Of a stretch of 64,000 bases of DNA, positions 52,501 through 64,000 are shown piece by piece. The stretch's first letter is position 1. Each line of letters starts with the position of its first letter. The stretch is from Antedon mediterranea (taxonomy: Eukaryota; Animalia; Echinodermata). Location of the stretch: the NCBI RefSeq assembly GCF_964355755.1, contig NC_092675.1:13798912-13862911 (forward strand), given 5' to 3'. The position numbers were made by a program, and so were the translations under genes. The notes beneath the pieces were generated by a model. It had not been told where the DNA came from. It did not search any database and saw nothing but the letters and a program-made list of their open reading frames with translations.

Positions 52501-55500
52501 ACTTGTTAACATAAAAACACCAAAGTGCTTAGAATAGCTTCAAATCACATTTGGAGACGTTTTAGACCATTTTGTGATTTTCGAAAAAACTTGTTAACAT
52601 AAAAACACCAAAGTGCTTAGAATAGAGTCAAATCGTATTTGGAGACGTTTTAGACCATTTTGTGATTTTCGAAAAAACTTGTTAACATAAAAACACCAAA
52701 GTGCTTAGAATAGCTTCAAATCGCATTTGGAGACGGTTTAGACCATTTTATGATTTTGAAAAAACTTGTTAACATAAAAACACCAAAGTGCTTAGAATAG
52801 CTTCAAATCGCATTTGGAGACGTTTTAGACCATTTTGTGATTTTCGAAAAAACTTGTTAACATAAAAACACCAAAGTGCTTAGAATAGCTTCAAATCGTA
52901 TTTGGAGACGTTTTAGACCATTTTGAGATTTTCGAAAAAACTTGGTTACACAAAAACATCAAAGTGCTTAAAATCACATTATAAACCGTTTTAGACCATT
53001 TTGAGCATTTCGATAACACTTTTCACACAAAAACATCAAAGAGCACAAAATAGCTTAATATCGTATTTAAAAACGTTTTAGACCATTTTGAGCATTTCGA
53101 CAAAACTTTTTCACACAAAACACCAAAGTGCTTAGAATAGCTTCAAATCGCATTTGGAGACGTTTTAGACCAATTTGTGCATTTCGATGAAACTTGATTA
53201 CACAAAAACATCAAAGTGCTTAAAATCACATCATAAACCGTTTTAGACCATTTTGAGCATTTCGATAACACTTTTCACACAAAAACATCAAAGAGCACAA
53301 AATAGCTTAATATCGTATTTAAAAACGTTTTAGACCATTTTGAGCATTTCGACAAAACTTTTTCACACAAAACACCAAAGTGCTTAGAATAGCTTCAAAT
53401 CGCATTTGGAGACGTTTTAGACCAATTTGTGCATTTCGATGAAACTTGATTACACAAAAACATCAAAGTGCTTAAAATCACATTATAAACCGTTTTAGAC
53501 CATTTTGAGCATTTCGATAACACTTTTCACACAAAAACATCAAAGTGCTTAAAATCACATTATAAACCGTTTTAGACCATTTTGAGCATTTCGATAACAC
53601 TTTTCACACAAAAACATCAAAGAGCACAAAATTGCTTAATATCGTATTTAAAAACGTTTTAGACCATTTTGAGCATTTCGACAAAACTTTTTCACACAAA
53701 ACACCAAAGTGCTTAGAATAGCTTCAAATCGCATTTGGAGACGTTTTAGACCATTTTGTGATTTTTGAAAAAACTTGTTAACATAAAAACACCAAAGTGC
53801 TTAGAATAGCTTCAAATCACATTTGGAGACGTTTTAGACCATTTTGTGATTTTCGAAAAAACTTGTTAACATAAAAACACGAAAGTGCTTAGAATAACTT
53901 CAAATCGCATTTGGAAACGTTTTAGACCATTTTGTGATTTTCGAAAAAAATTGTTAACATAAAAACACCAAAGTGCTTAGAATCACATTATAAACCGTTT
54001 TAGACCATTTTGAGCATTTCGATAACAATTTTCACACAAAAACATCAAAGAGCACAAAATAGCTTAATATCGTATTTAAAAATGTTTTAGACCATTTTGA
54101 GCATTTAGATAAAACTTTTTCACACAAAACACCAAAGTGCTTAGAATAGCTTCAAATCGCATTTGGAGACGTTTTAGACCATTTTGTGATTTTTGAAAAA
54201 ACTTGTTAACATAAAAACACCAAAAGTGCTTAGAATAGCTTCAAATCACATTTGGAGACGTTTTAGACCATTTTGTGATTTTCGAAAAAACTTGTTAACA
54301 TAAAAACACGAAAGTGCTTAGAATAGCTTCAAATCGCATTTGGAAACGTTTTAGACCATTTTGTGATTTTCGAAAAAACTTGTTAACATAAAAACACGAA
54401 AGTGCTTAGAATAGCTTCAAATCGCATTTGGAAACGTTTTAGACCATTTTGTGATTTTCGAAAAAAATTGTTAACATAAAAACACCAAAGTGTTTAGAAT
54501 AGCTTCAAATCGCATTTGGAGACGTTTTAGACCAATTTGTGATTTTCGAAAAAACTTATCAACATAAAAACACCAAAGGGTTTAGAATAGCTTCAAATCG
54601 CATTTGGAAACGTTTTAGACAATTTTGTGATTTTGAAAAAACTTGTTAACATAAAAACACCAAAGTGCTTAGAATAGCTTCAAATCGCATTTGGAGACGT
54701 TTTAGACCATTTTGTGATTTTCGAAAAAACTTGTTAACATAAAAACACCAAAGTGCTTAGAATAGCTTCAAATCGTATTTGGAGACGTTTTAGACCATTT
54801 TGAGATTTTCGAAAAAACTTGGTTACACAAAAACATCAAAGTGCTTAAAATCACATTATAAACCGTTTTAGACCATTTTGAGCATTTCGATAACACTTTT
54901 GACACAAAAACATCAAAGAGCACAAAATAGCTTAATATCGTATTTAAAAACGTTTTAGACCATTTTGAGCATTTCGACAAAACTTTTTCACACAAAACAC
55001 CAAAGTGCTTAGAATAGCTTCAAATCGCATTTGGAGACGTTTTAGACCAATTTGTGCATTTCGATGAAACTTGATTACACAAAAACATCAAAGTGCTTAA
55101 AATCACATCATAAACCGTTTTAGACCATTTTGAGCATTTCGATAACACTTTTCACACAAAAACATCAAAGAGCACAAAATAGCTTAATATCGTATTTAAA
55201 AACGTTTTAGACCATTTTGAGCATTTCGACAAAACTTTTTCACACAAAACACCAAAGTGCTTAGAATAGCTTCAAATCGCATTTGGAGACGTTTTAGACC
55301 AATTTGTGCATTTCGATGAAACTTGATTACACAAAAACATCAAAGTGCTTAAAATCACATTATAAACCGTTTTAGACCATTTTGAGCATTTCGATAACAC
55401 TTTTCACACAAAAACATCAAAGAGCACAAAATAGCTTAATATCGTATTTAAAAACGTTTTAGACCATTTTGAGCATTTAGACAAAACTTTTTCACACAAA

Positions 55501-58500
55501 ACACCAAAGTGCTTAGAATAGCTTCAAATCGCATTTGGAGACGTTTTAGACCATTTTGTGATTTTTGAAAAAACTTGTTAACATAAAAACACCAAAGTGC
55601 TTAGAATAGCTTAAAATCACATTTGGAGACGTTTTAGACCATTTTGTGATTTTCGAAAAAACTTGTTAACATAAAAACACGAAAGTGCTTAGAATAGCTT
55701 CAAATCGCATTTGGAAACGTTTTAGACCATTTTGTGATTTTCGAAAAAACTTGTTAACATAAAAACACGAAAGTGCTTAGAATCACATTATAAACCGTTT
55801 TAGACCATTTTGAGCATTTCGATAACAATTTTCACACAAAAACATCAAAGAGCACAAAATAGCTTAATATAGTATTTAAAAATGTTTTAGACCATTTTGA
55901 GCATTTAGATAAAACTTTTTCACACAAAACACCAAAGTGTTTAGAATAGCTTCAAATCGCATTTGGAGACGTTTTAGACCATTTTGTGATTTTTGAAAAA
56001 ACTTGTTAACATAAAAACACCAAAGTGCTTAGAATAGCTTCAAATCACATTTGGAGATGTTTTAGACCATTTTGTGATTTTTGAAAAAACTTGTTAACAT
56101 AAAAACACGAAAGTGCTTAGAATAGCTTCAAATCACATTTGGAGACGTTTTAGACCATTTTGTGATTTTTGAAAAAACTTGTTAACATAAAAACACGAAA
56201 GTGCTTAGAATAGCTTCAAATCGCATTTGGAAACGTTTTAGACCATTTTGCGATTTTCGAAAAAGATTGTTAACATAAAAACACCAATGTGCTTAGAATC
56301 ACATTATAAACCGTTTTAGACCATTTTGAGCATTTCGATAACAATTTTCACACAAAAACATCAAAGAGCACAAAATAACTTAATATCGTATTTATAAATG
56401 TTTTAGACCATTTTGAGCATTTCGACAAAACTTTTTCACACAAAACACCAAAGTGCTTAGAATAGCTTCAAATCGCATTTGGAGACGTTTTAGACCATTT
56501 TGTGATTTCGATGAAACTTGATTACACAAAAACATCAAAGTGCTTAAAATCACATTATAAACCGTTTTAGACCATTTTGAGCATTTCGATAACACTTTTC
56601 ACACAAAAACATCAAAGAGCAAAAAATAGCTTATTATCGTATTTAAAAACGTTTTAGACCATTTTGAGCATTTAGACAAAACTTTTTCACACAAAACACC
56701 AAAGTGCTTAGAATAGCTTCAAATCGCATTTGGAGACGTTTTAGAACATTTTGTGTTTTTCGAAAAAAACTGTTAACATAAAAACACCAAAGTGCTTAGA
56801 ATAGCTTCAAATCGCATTTGGAGACGTTTTAGAACATTTTGTGTTCTTCGAAAAAACTTGTTACCATAAAAACACCAAAGTGCTTAGAATAGCTTCAAAT
56901 CGCATTTGGAGACGTTTTAGACCATTTTGTGATTTTTGAAAAAACTTGTTAACATAAAAACACCAAAGTGCTTAGAATAGCTTCAAATCACATTTGGAGA
57001 CGTTTTAGACCATTTTGTGATTTTCGAAAAAACTTGTTAACATAAAAACACCAAAGTGCTTAGAATAGCGTCAAATCGTATTTGGAGACGTTTTAGACCA
57101 TTTTGTGATTTTCGAAAAAACTTGTTAACATAAAAACACCAAAGTGCTTAGAATAGCTTCAAATCGCATTTGGAGACGGTTTAGACCATTTTATGATTTT
57201 GAAAAAACTTGTTAACATAAAAACACCAAAGTGCTTAGAATAGCTTCAAATCGCATTTGGAGACGTTTTAGACCATTTTGTGATTTTCGAAAAAACTTGT
57301 TAACATAAAAACACCAAAGTGCTTAGAATAGCTTCAAATCGTATTTGGAGACGTTTTAGACCATTTTGAGATTTTCGAAAAAACTTGGTTACACAAAAAC
57401 ATCAAAGTGCTTAAAATCACATTATAAACCGTTTTAGACCATTTTGAGCATTTCGATAACACTTTTCACACAAAAACATCAAAGAGCACAAAATAGCTTA
57501 ATATCGTATTTAAAAACGTTTTAGACCATTTTGAGCATTTCGACAAAACTTTTTCACACAAAACACCAAAGTGCTTAGAATAGCTTCAAATCGCATTTGG
57601 AGACGTTTTAGACCAATTTGTGCATTTCGATGAAACTTGATTACACAAAAACATCAAAGTGCTTAAAATCACATCATAAACCGTTTTAGACCATTTTGAG
57701 CATTTCGATAACACTTTTCACACAAAAACATCAAAGAGCACAAAATAGCTTAATATCGTATTTAAAAACGTTTTAGACCATTTTGAGCATTTCGACAAAA
57801 CTTTTTCACACAAAACACCAAAGTGCTTAGAATAGCTTAAAATCGCATTTGGAGACGTTTTAGACCAATTTGTGCATTTCGATGAAACTTGATTACACAA
57901 AAACATCAAAGTGCTTAAAATCACATTATAAACCGTTTTAGACCATTTTGAGCATTTCGATAACACTTTTCACACAAAAACATCAAAGTGCTTAAAATCA
58001 CATTATAAACCGTTTTAGACCATTTTGAGCATTTCGATAACACTTTTCACACAAAAACATCAAAGAGCACAAAATTGCTTAATATCGTATTTAAAAACGT
58101 TTTAGACCATTTTGAGCATTTCGACAAAACTTTTTCACACAAAACACCAAAGTGCTTAGAATAGCTTCAAATCGCATTTGGAGACGTTTTAGACCAATTT
58201 GTGCATTTCGATGAAACTTGATTACACAAAAACATCAAAGTGCTTAAAATCACATCATAAACCGTTTTAGACCATTTTGAGCATTTCGATAACACTTTTC
58301 ACACAAAAACATCAAAGAGCACAAAATAGCTTAATATCGTATTTAAAAACGTTTTAGACCATTTTGAGCATTTCGACAAAACTTTTTCACACAAAACACC
58401 AAAGTGCTTAGAATAGCTTCAAATCGCATTTGGAGACGTTTTAGACCAATTTGTGCATTTCGATGAAACTTGATTACACAAAAACATCAAAGTGCTTAAA

Positions 58501-61500
58501 ATCACATTATAAACCGTTTTAGACCATTTTGAGCATTTCGATAACACTTTTCACACAAAAACATCAAAGAGCACAAAATAGCTTAATATCGTATTTAAAA
58601 ACGTTTTAGACCATTTTGAGCATTTAGACAAAACTTTTTCACACAAAACACCAAAGTGCTTAGAATAGCTTCAAATCGCATTTGGAGACGTTTTAGACCA
58701 TTTTGTGATTTTTGAAAAAACTTGTTAACATAAAAACACCAAAGTGCTTAGAATAGCTTCAAATCACATTTGGAGACGTTTTAGACCATTTTGTGATTTT
58801 CGAAAAAACTTGTTAACATAAAAACACGAAAGTGCTTAGAATAGCTTCAAATCGCATTTGGAAACGTTTTAGACCATTTTGTGATTTTCGAAAAAACTTG
58901 TTAACATAAAAACACGAAAGTGCTTAGAATCACATTATAAACCGTTTTAGACCATTTTGAGCATTTCGATAACAATTTTCACACAAAAACATCAAAGAGC
59001 ACAAAATAGCTTAATATCGTATTTAAAAATGTTTTAGACCATTTTGAGCATTTAGATAAAACTTTTTCACACAAAACACCAAAGTGCTTAGAATAGCTTC
59101 AAATCGCATTTGGAGACGTTTCAGACCATTTTGTGATTTTTGAAAAAACTTGTTAACATAAAAACACCAAAGTGCTTAGAATAGCTTCAAATCACATTTG
59201 GAGATGTTTTAGACCATTTTGTGATTTTTGAAAAAACTTGTTAACATAAAAACACGAAAGTGCTTAGAATAGCTTCAAATCACATTTGGAGACGTTTTAG
59301 ACCATTTTGTGATTTTCGAAAAAACTTGTTAACATAAAAACACGAAAGTGCTTAGAATAGCTTCAAATCGCATTTGGAAACGTTTTAGACCATTTTGTGA
59401 TTTTCGAAAAAGATTGTTAACATAAAAACACCAATGTGCTTAGAATCACATTATAAACCGTTTTAGACCATTTTGAGCATTTCGATAACAATTTTCACAA
59501 AAAAACATCAAAGAGCACAAAATAACTTAATATCGTATTTATAAATGTTTTAGACCATTTTGAGCATTTCGACAAAACTTTTTCACACAAAACACCAAAG
59601 TGCTTAGAATAGCTTCAAATCGCATTTGGAGACGTTTAGACCATTTTGTGATTTTCGAAAAAACTTGTTAACATTAAAACATCAAAGTGTACAGAATAGC
59701 TTCAAATCGCATTTGGAGACGTTTTAGACCAATTTGTGATTTTCGAAAAAACTTGTTAACATAAAAACACCAAAGTGCTTAGAATAGCTTCAAATCGCAT
59801 TTGGAGACGTTTTAGACCATTTTGTGATTTTCGAAAAAAATTGTTAACATAAAAACACCAAAGTGCTTAGAATCACATTATAAACCGTTTTAGACCATTT
59901 TGAGCATTTCGATAACAATTTTCACACAAAAACATCAAAGAGCACAAAATAGCTTAATATCGTATTTTAAAATGTTGTAGACCATTTTGAGCATTTAGAC
60001 AAAACTTTTTCATACAAAACACCAAAGTGCTTAGAATAGCTTCAAATCGCATTTGGAGACGTTTTAGACCATTTTGTGATTTTCGAAAAAACTTGTTAAC
60101 ATAAAAACACCAAAGTGCTTAGAATAGCTTCAAATCGCATTTGGAGACGTTTTAGACCATTTTGTGATTTTCGAAAAAACTTGTTAACATAAAAACACCA
60201 AAGTGATTAGAATAGCTTCAAATAGCATTTGGAGATGTTTTAGACCATTTTGTGATTTTCGAAAAAACTTGTTAACATAAAAACACCAAAGTGATTAAAA
60301 TAGCTTCAAATCGCATTTGGAGACGTTTTAGACCATTTTGTGGTTTTCAAAAAAACTTGTTAACATAAAAACACCAAAGTGCTTAGAATAGCTTCAAATC
60401 GCATTTGGAGACGTTTTAGACCATTTTGTGCATTTCGATGAAACTTGGTTACACAAAAACATCAAAGTGCTTAAAATCACATTATAAACCGTTTTAGACC
60501 ATTTTGAGCATTTCGATAACACTGTTCACACAAAAACATCAAAGAACACAAAATAGCTTAATATCGTATTTAAAAACGTTTTAGACCATTTTGAGCATTT
60601 CGACAAAACTTTTTTACACAAAAGACCAAAGTGCTTAGAATAATTTCAAATCGCATTTGGAGACGTTTTCGACCAATTTGTGCATTTCGATGAAATTTCG
60701 TTACACAAAAACATCAAAGTGCTTAAAATCACATTATAAACCGTTTTAGACCATTTTGAGCATTTCGATAACACTTTTTCACACAAAACACCAAAGTGCT
60801 TAGAATAGCTTCAAATCGCATTTGGAGACGTTTTAGACCATTTTGTGATTTTCGAAAAAACTTGTTAACATAAAAACACCAAAGTGATTAGAATAGCTTC
60901 AAATCACATTTGGAGATGTTTTAGACCATTTTGTGATTTTCGAAAAAACTTGTTAACATAAAAACACCAAAGTGCTTAGAATAGCTTCAAATCGCATTTG
61001 GAGACGTTTTAGACCAATTTGTGATTTTCGAAAAAAATTGTCAACATAAAAACACCAAAGTGTTTATAATAGCTTCAAATCGCATTTGGAGACGTTTTAG
61101 ACCAATTTGTGATTTTCGCAAAAACTTATCAACATAAAAACACCAAAGGGTTTAGAATAGCTTCAAATCGCATTTGGAGGCGTTTTAGACCATTTTGTGA
61201 TTTTCTAAAAAACTTGTTAACATAAAAACACCAAGGTGCTTAGAATAGCTTCAAATCGCATTTGGAGACGTTTTAGACCATTTTGTGATTTTCGAAAAAA
61301 AATTGTTAACATAAAAACACCAAAGTGCTTTAGAATCACATTATAAACCGTTTTAGACCATTTTGAGCATTTCGATAACACTTTTCACACAAAAACATCA
61401 AAGAGCACAAAATAGCTTAATATCGTATTTAAAAATGTTTTAGACCATTTTGAGCATTTAGACAAAACTTTTTCACACAAAACACCAAAGTGCTTAGAAT

Positions 61501-64000
61501 AGCTTCAAATCGCATTTGGAGACGTTTTAGACCATTTTGTGATTTTCGAAAAAACTTGTTAACATAAACACACCAAAAGGCTTAGAATAGCTTCTAATCG
61601 CATTTGGAGACATTTTAGACCAATTTGTGATTTTCGAAAAAACTTGTCAACATAAAAACACCAAAGGGTTTAGAATAGCTTCAAATCGCATTTGGAGACG
61701 TTTTAGACCAATTTGTGATTTTCGAAAAAACTTATCAACATAAAAAGACCAAAGTTCTTAGAATCACATTATAAACCGTTTTAGACCATTTTGAGCATTT
61801 CGATAACAATTTTCACACAAAAACATCAAAGAGCACAAAATAGCTTAATATCGTATTTAAAAACGTTTTAGACCATTTTGAGCATTTCGACAAAACTTTT
61901 TCACACTAAACACAAAAAGTGCTTAGAATAGCTTCAAATCGCATTTGGAGACGTTTTAGACCAATTTGTGCATTTCGATGAAACTTGGTTACACAAAAAC
62001 ATCAAAGTGCTTAAAATCACATTATAAACCGTTTTAGACCATTTTGAGCATTTCGATAACACTTTTCACACAAAAACATCAAAGAGCACAAAATAGCTTA
62101 ATATCGTATTTAAAAACGTTTTAGACCATTTTGAGCATTTAGACAAAACTTTTTCACACAAAACACCAAAGTGCTTAGAATAGCTTCAAATCGCATTTGG
62201 AGACGTTTTAGACCATTTTGTGATTTTTGAAAAAACTTGTTAACATAAAAACACCAAAGTGCTTAGAATAGCTTCAAATCACATTTGGAGACGTTTTAGA
62301 CCATTTTGTGATTTTCGAAAAAACTTGTTAACATAAAAACACGAAAGTGCTTAGAATAGCTTCAAATCGCATTTGGAAACGTTTTAGACCATTTTGTGAT
62401 TTTCGAAAAAACTTGTTAACATAAAAACACGAAAGTGCTTAGAATCACATTATAAACCGTTTTAGACCATTTTGAGCATTTCGATAACAATTTTCACACA
62501 AAAACATCAAAGAGCACAAAATAGCTTAATATCGTATTTAAAAATGTTTTAGACCATTTTGAGCATTTAGATAAAACTTTTTCACACAAAACACCAAAGT
62601 GTTTAGAATAGCTTCAAATCGCATTTGGAGACGTTTTAGACCATTTTGTGATTTTTGAAAAAACTTGTTAACATAAAAACACCAAAGTGCTTAGAATAGC
62701 TTCAAATCACATTTGGAGATGTTTTAGACCATTTTGTGATTTTTGAAAAAACTTGTTAACATAAAAACACGAAAGTGCTTAGAATAGCTTCAAATCACAT
62801 TTGGAGACGTTTTAGACCATTTTGTGATTTTTGAAAAAACTTGTTAACATAAAAACACGAAAGTGCTTAGAATAGCTTCAAATCGCATTTGGAAACGTTT
62901 TAGACCATTTTGCGATTTTCGAAAAAGATTGTTAACATAAAAACACCAATGTGCTTAGAATCACATTATAAACCGTTTTAGACCATTTTGAGCATTTCGA
63001 TAACAATTTTCACACAAAAACATCAAAGAGCACAAAATAACTTAATATCGTATTTATAAATGTTTTAGACCATTTTGAGCATTTCGACAAAACTTTTTCA
63101 CACAAAACACCAAAGTGCTTAGAATAGCTTCAAATCGCATTTGGAGACGTTTTAGACCATTTTGTGATTTCGATGAAACTTGATTACACAAAAACATCAA
63201 AGTGCTTAAAATCACATTATAAACCGTTTTAGACCATTTTGAGCATTTCGATAACACTTTTCACACAAAAACATCAAAGAGCAAAAAATAGCTTATTATC
63301 GTATTTAAAAACGTTTTAGACCATTTTGAGCATTTAGACAAAACTTTTTCACACAAAACACCAAAGTGCTTAGAATAGCTTCAAATCGCATTTGGAGACG
63401 TTTTAGAACATTTTGTGTTTTTTGAAAAAAACTGTTAACATAAAAACACCAAAGTGCTTAGAATAGCTTCAAATCGCATTTGGAGACGTTTTAGAACATT
63501 TTGTGTTCTTCGAAAAAACTTGTTACCATAAAAACACCAAAGTGCTTAGAATAGCTTCAAATCGCATTTGGAGACGTTTTAGACCATTTTGTGATTTTTG
63601 AAAAAACTTGTTAACATAAAAACACCAAAGTGCTTAGAATAGCTTCAAATCACATTTGGAGACGTTTTAGACCATTTTGTGATTTTCGAAAAAACTTGTT
63701 AACATAAAAACACCAAAGTGCTTAGAATAGCGTCAAATCGTATTTGGAGACGTTTTAGACCATTTTGTGATTTTCGAAAAAACTTGTTAACATAAAAACA
63801 CCAAAGTGCTTAGAATAGCTTCAAATCGCATTTGGAGACGGTTTAGACCATTTTATGATTTTGAAAAAACTTGTTAACATAAAAACACCAAAGTGCTTAG
63901 AATAGCTTCAAATCGCATTTGGAGACGTTTTAGACCATTTTGTGATTTTCGAAAAAACTTGTTAACATAAAAACACCAAAGTGCTTAGAATAGCTTCCAA
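40556..64000 (+). repeat. Satellite DNA array, segment 3; continues beyond the right edge
   Basis: Same monomers and variant order as 5931-29376. Confidence 0.98.

Larger units (their letters stand above)
36755..64000 (+). repeat. Next (partial) period of the 34.6-kb macro-repeat; runs off the right edge
   Basis: Matches 2130-29376 with about 16 small differences spotted by eye. Confidence 0.93.

Noticed and set aside
15700-63257. Twelve short minus-strand ORFs of 67-82 aa (e.g. 15700-15927, 17324-17527, 23093-23341, 28430-28633 and their macro-copies)
   Set aside because: They are translations of satellite monomers with non-ATG starts and repeated SKCSKWSKT. They appear only where a point variant removes a stop codon, and they recur because the DNA is duplicated.
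1-64000. CRISPR array, possibly with an associated RT
   Set aside because: There are no unique spacers, since the sequence between conserved cores is itself repeated. No cas genes are present, and the unit structure is that of a satellite.
1-64000. Inversions or strand switches in the array, or a named satellite family or species
   Set aside because: All monomers read in the same orientation. I do not recognise the monomer, so naming it would need a database search.

Overview
This window is eukaryotic satellite DNA, probably centromeric or pericentromeric heterochromatin (inference). About 94% of it is one AT-rich, head-to-tail tandem array of three related monomers: A (88 bp), B (77 bp) and C (87 bp). 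They are arranged as variable higher-order units An-B-C (n=1-9; basic trimer 252 bp). The only non-satellite DNA is a 2,038-bp 5'-truncated non-LTR retrotransposon (CR1/L2-like LINE), present twice at 3893-5930 and 38518-40555. It has an uninterrupted RT reading frame, a 3' hairpin, an (AAAAT)n tail and a 7-bp TSD, AAAATAG. Both copies have identical junctions, so they are one insertion copied within a ~34.6-kb near-identical macro-repeat that spans the window. An empty sister of the insertion site survives at 32236-32242. Nested duplications (165, 1371, 1372, 1384, 1451, 4443 bp) allow the array history to be partly ordered. All short minus-strand ORFs are satellite artefacts. I found no support for host genes, RNA genes, CRISPR or a prokaryotic RT system. 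All comparisons were made by eye and are not exhaustive alignments.
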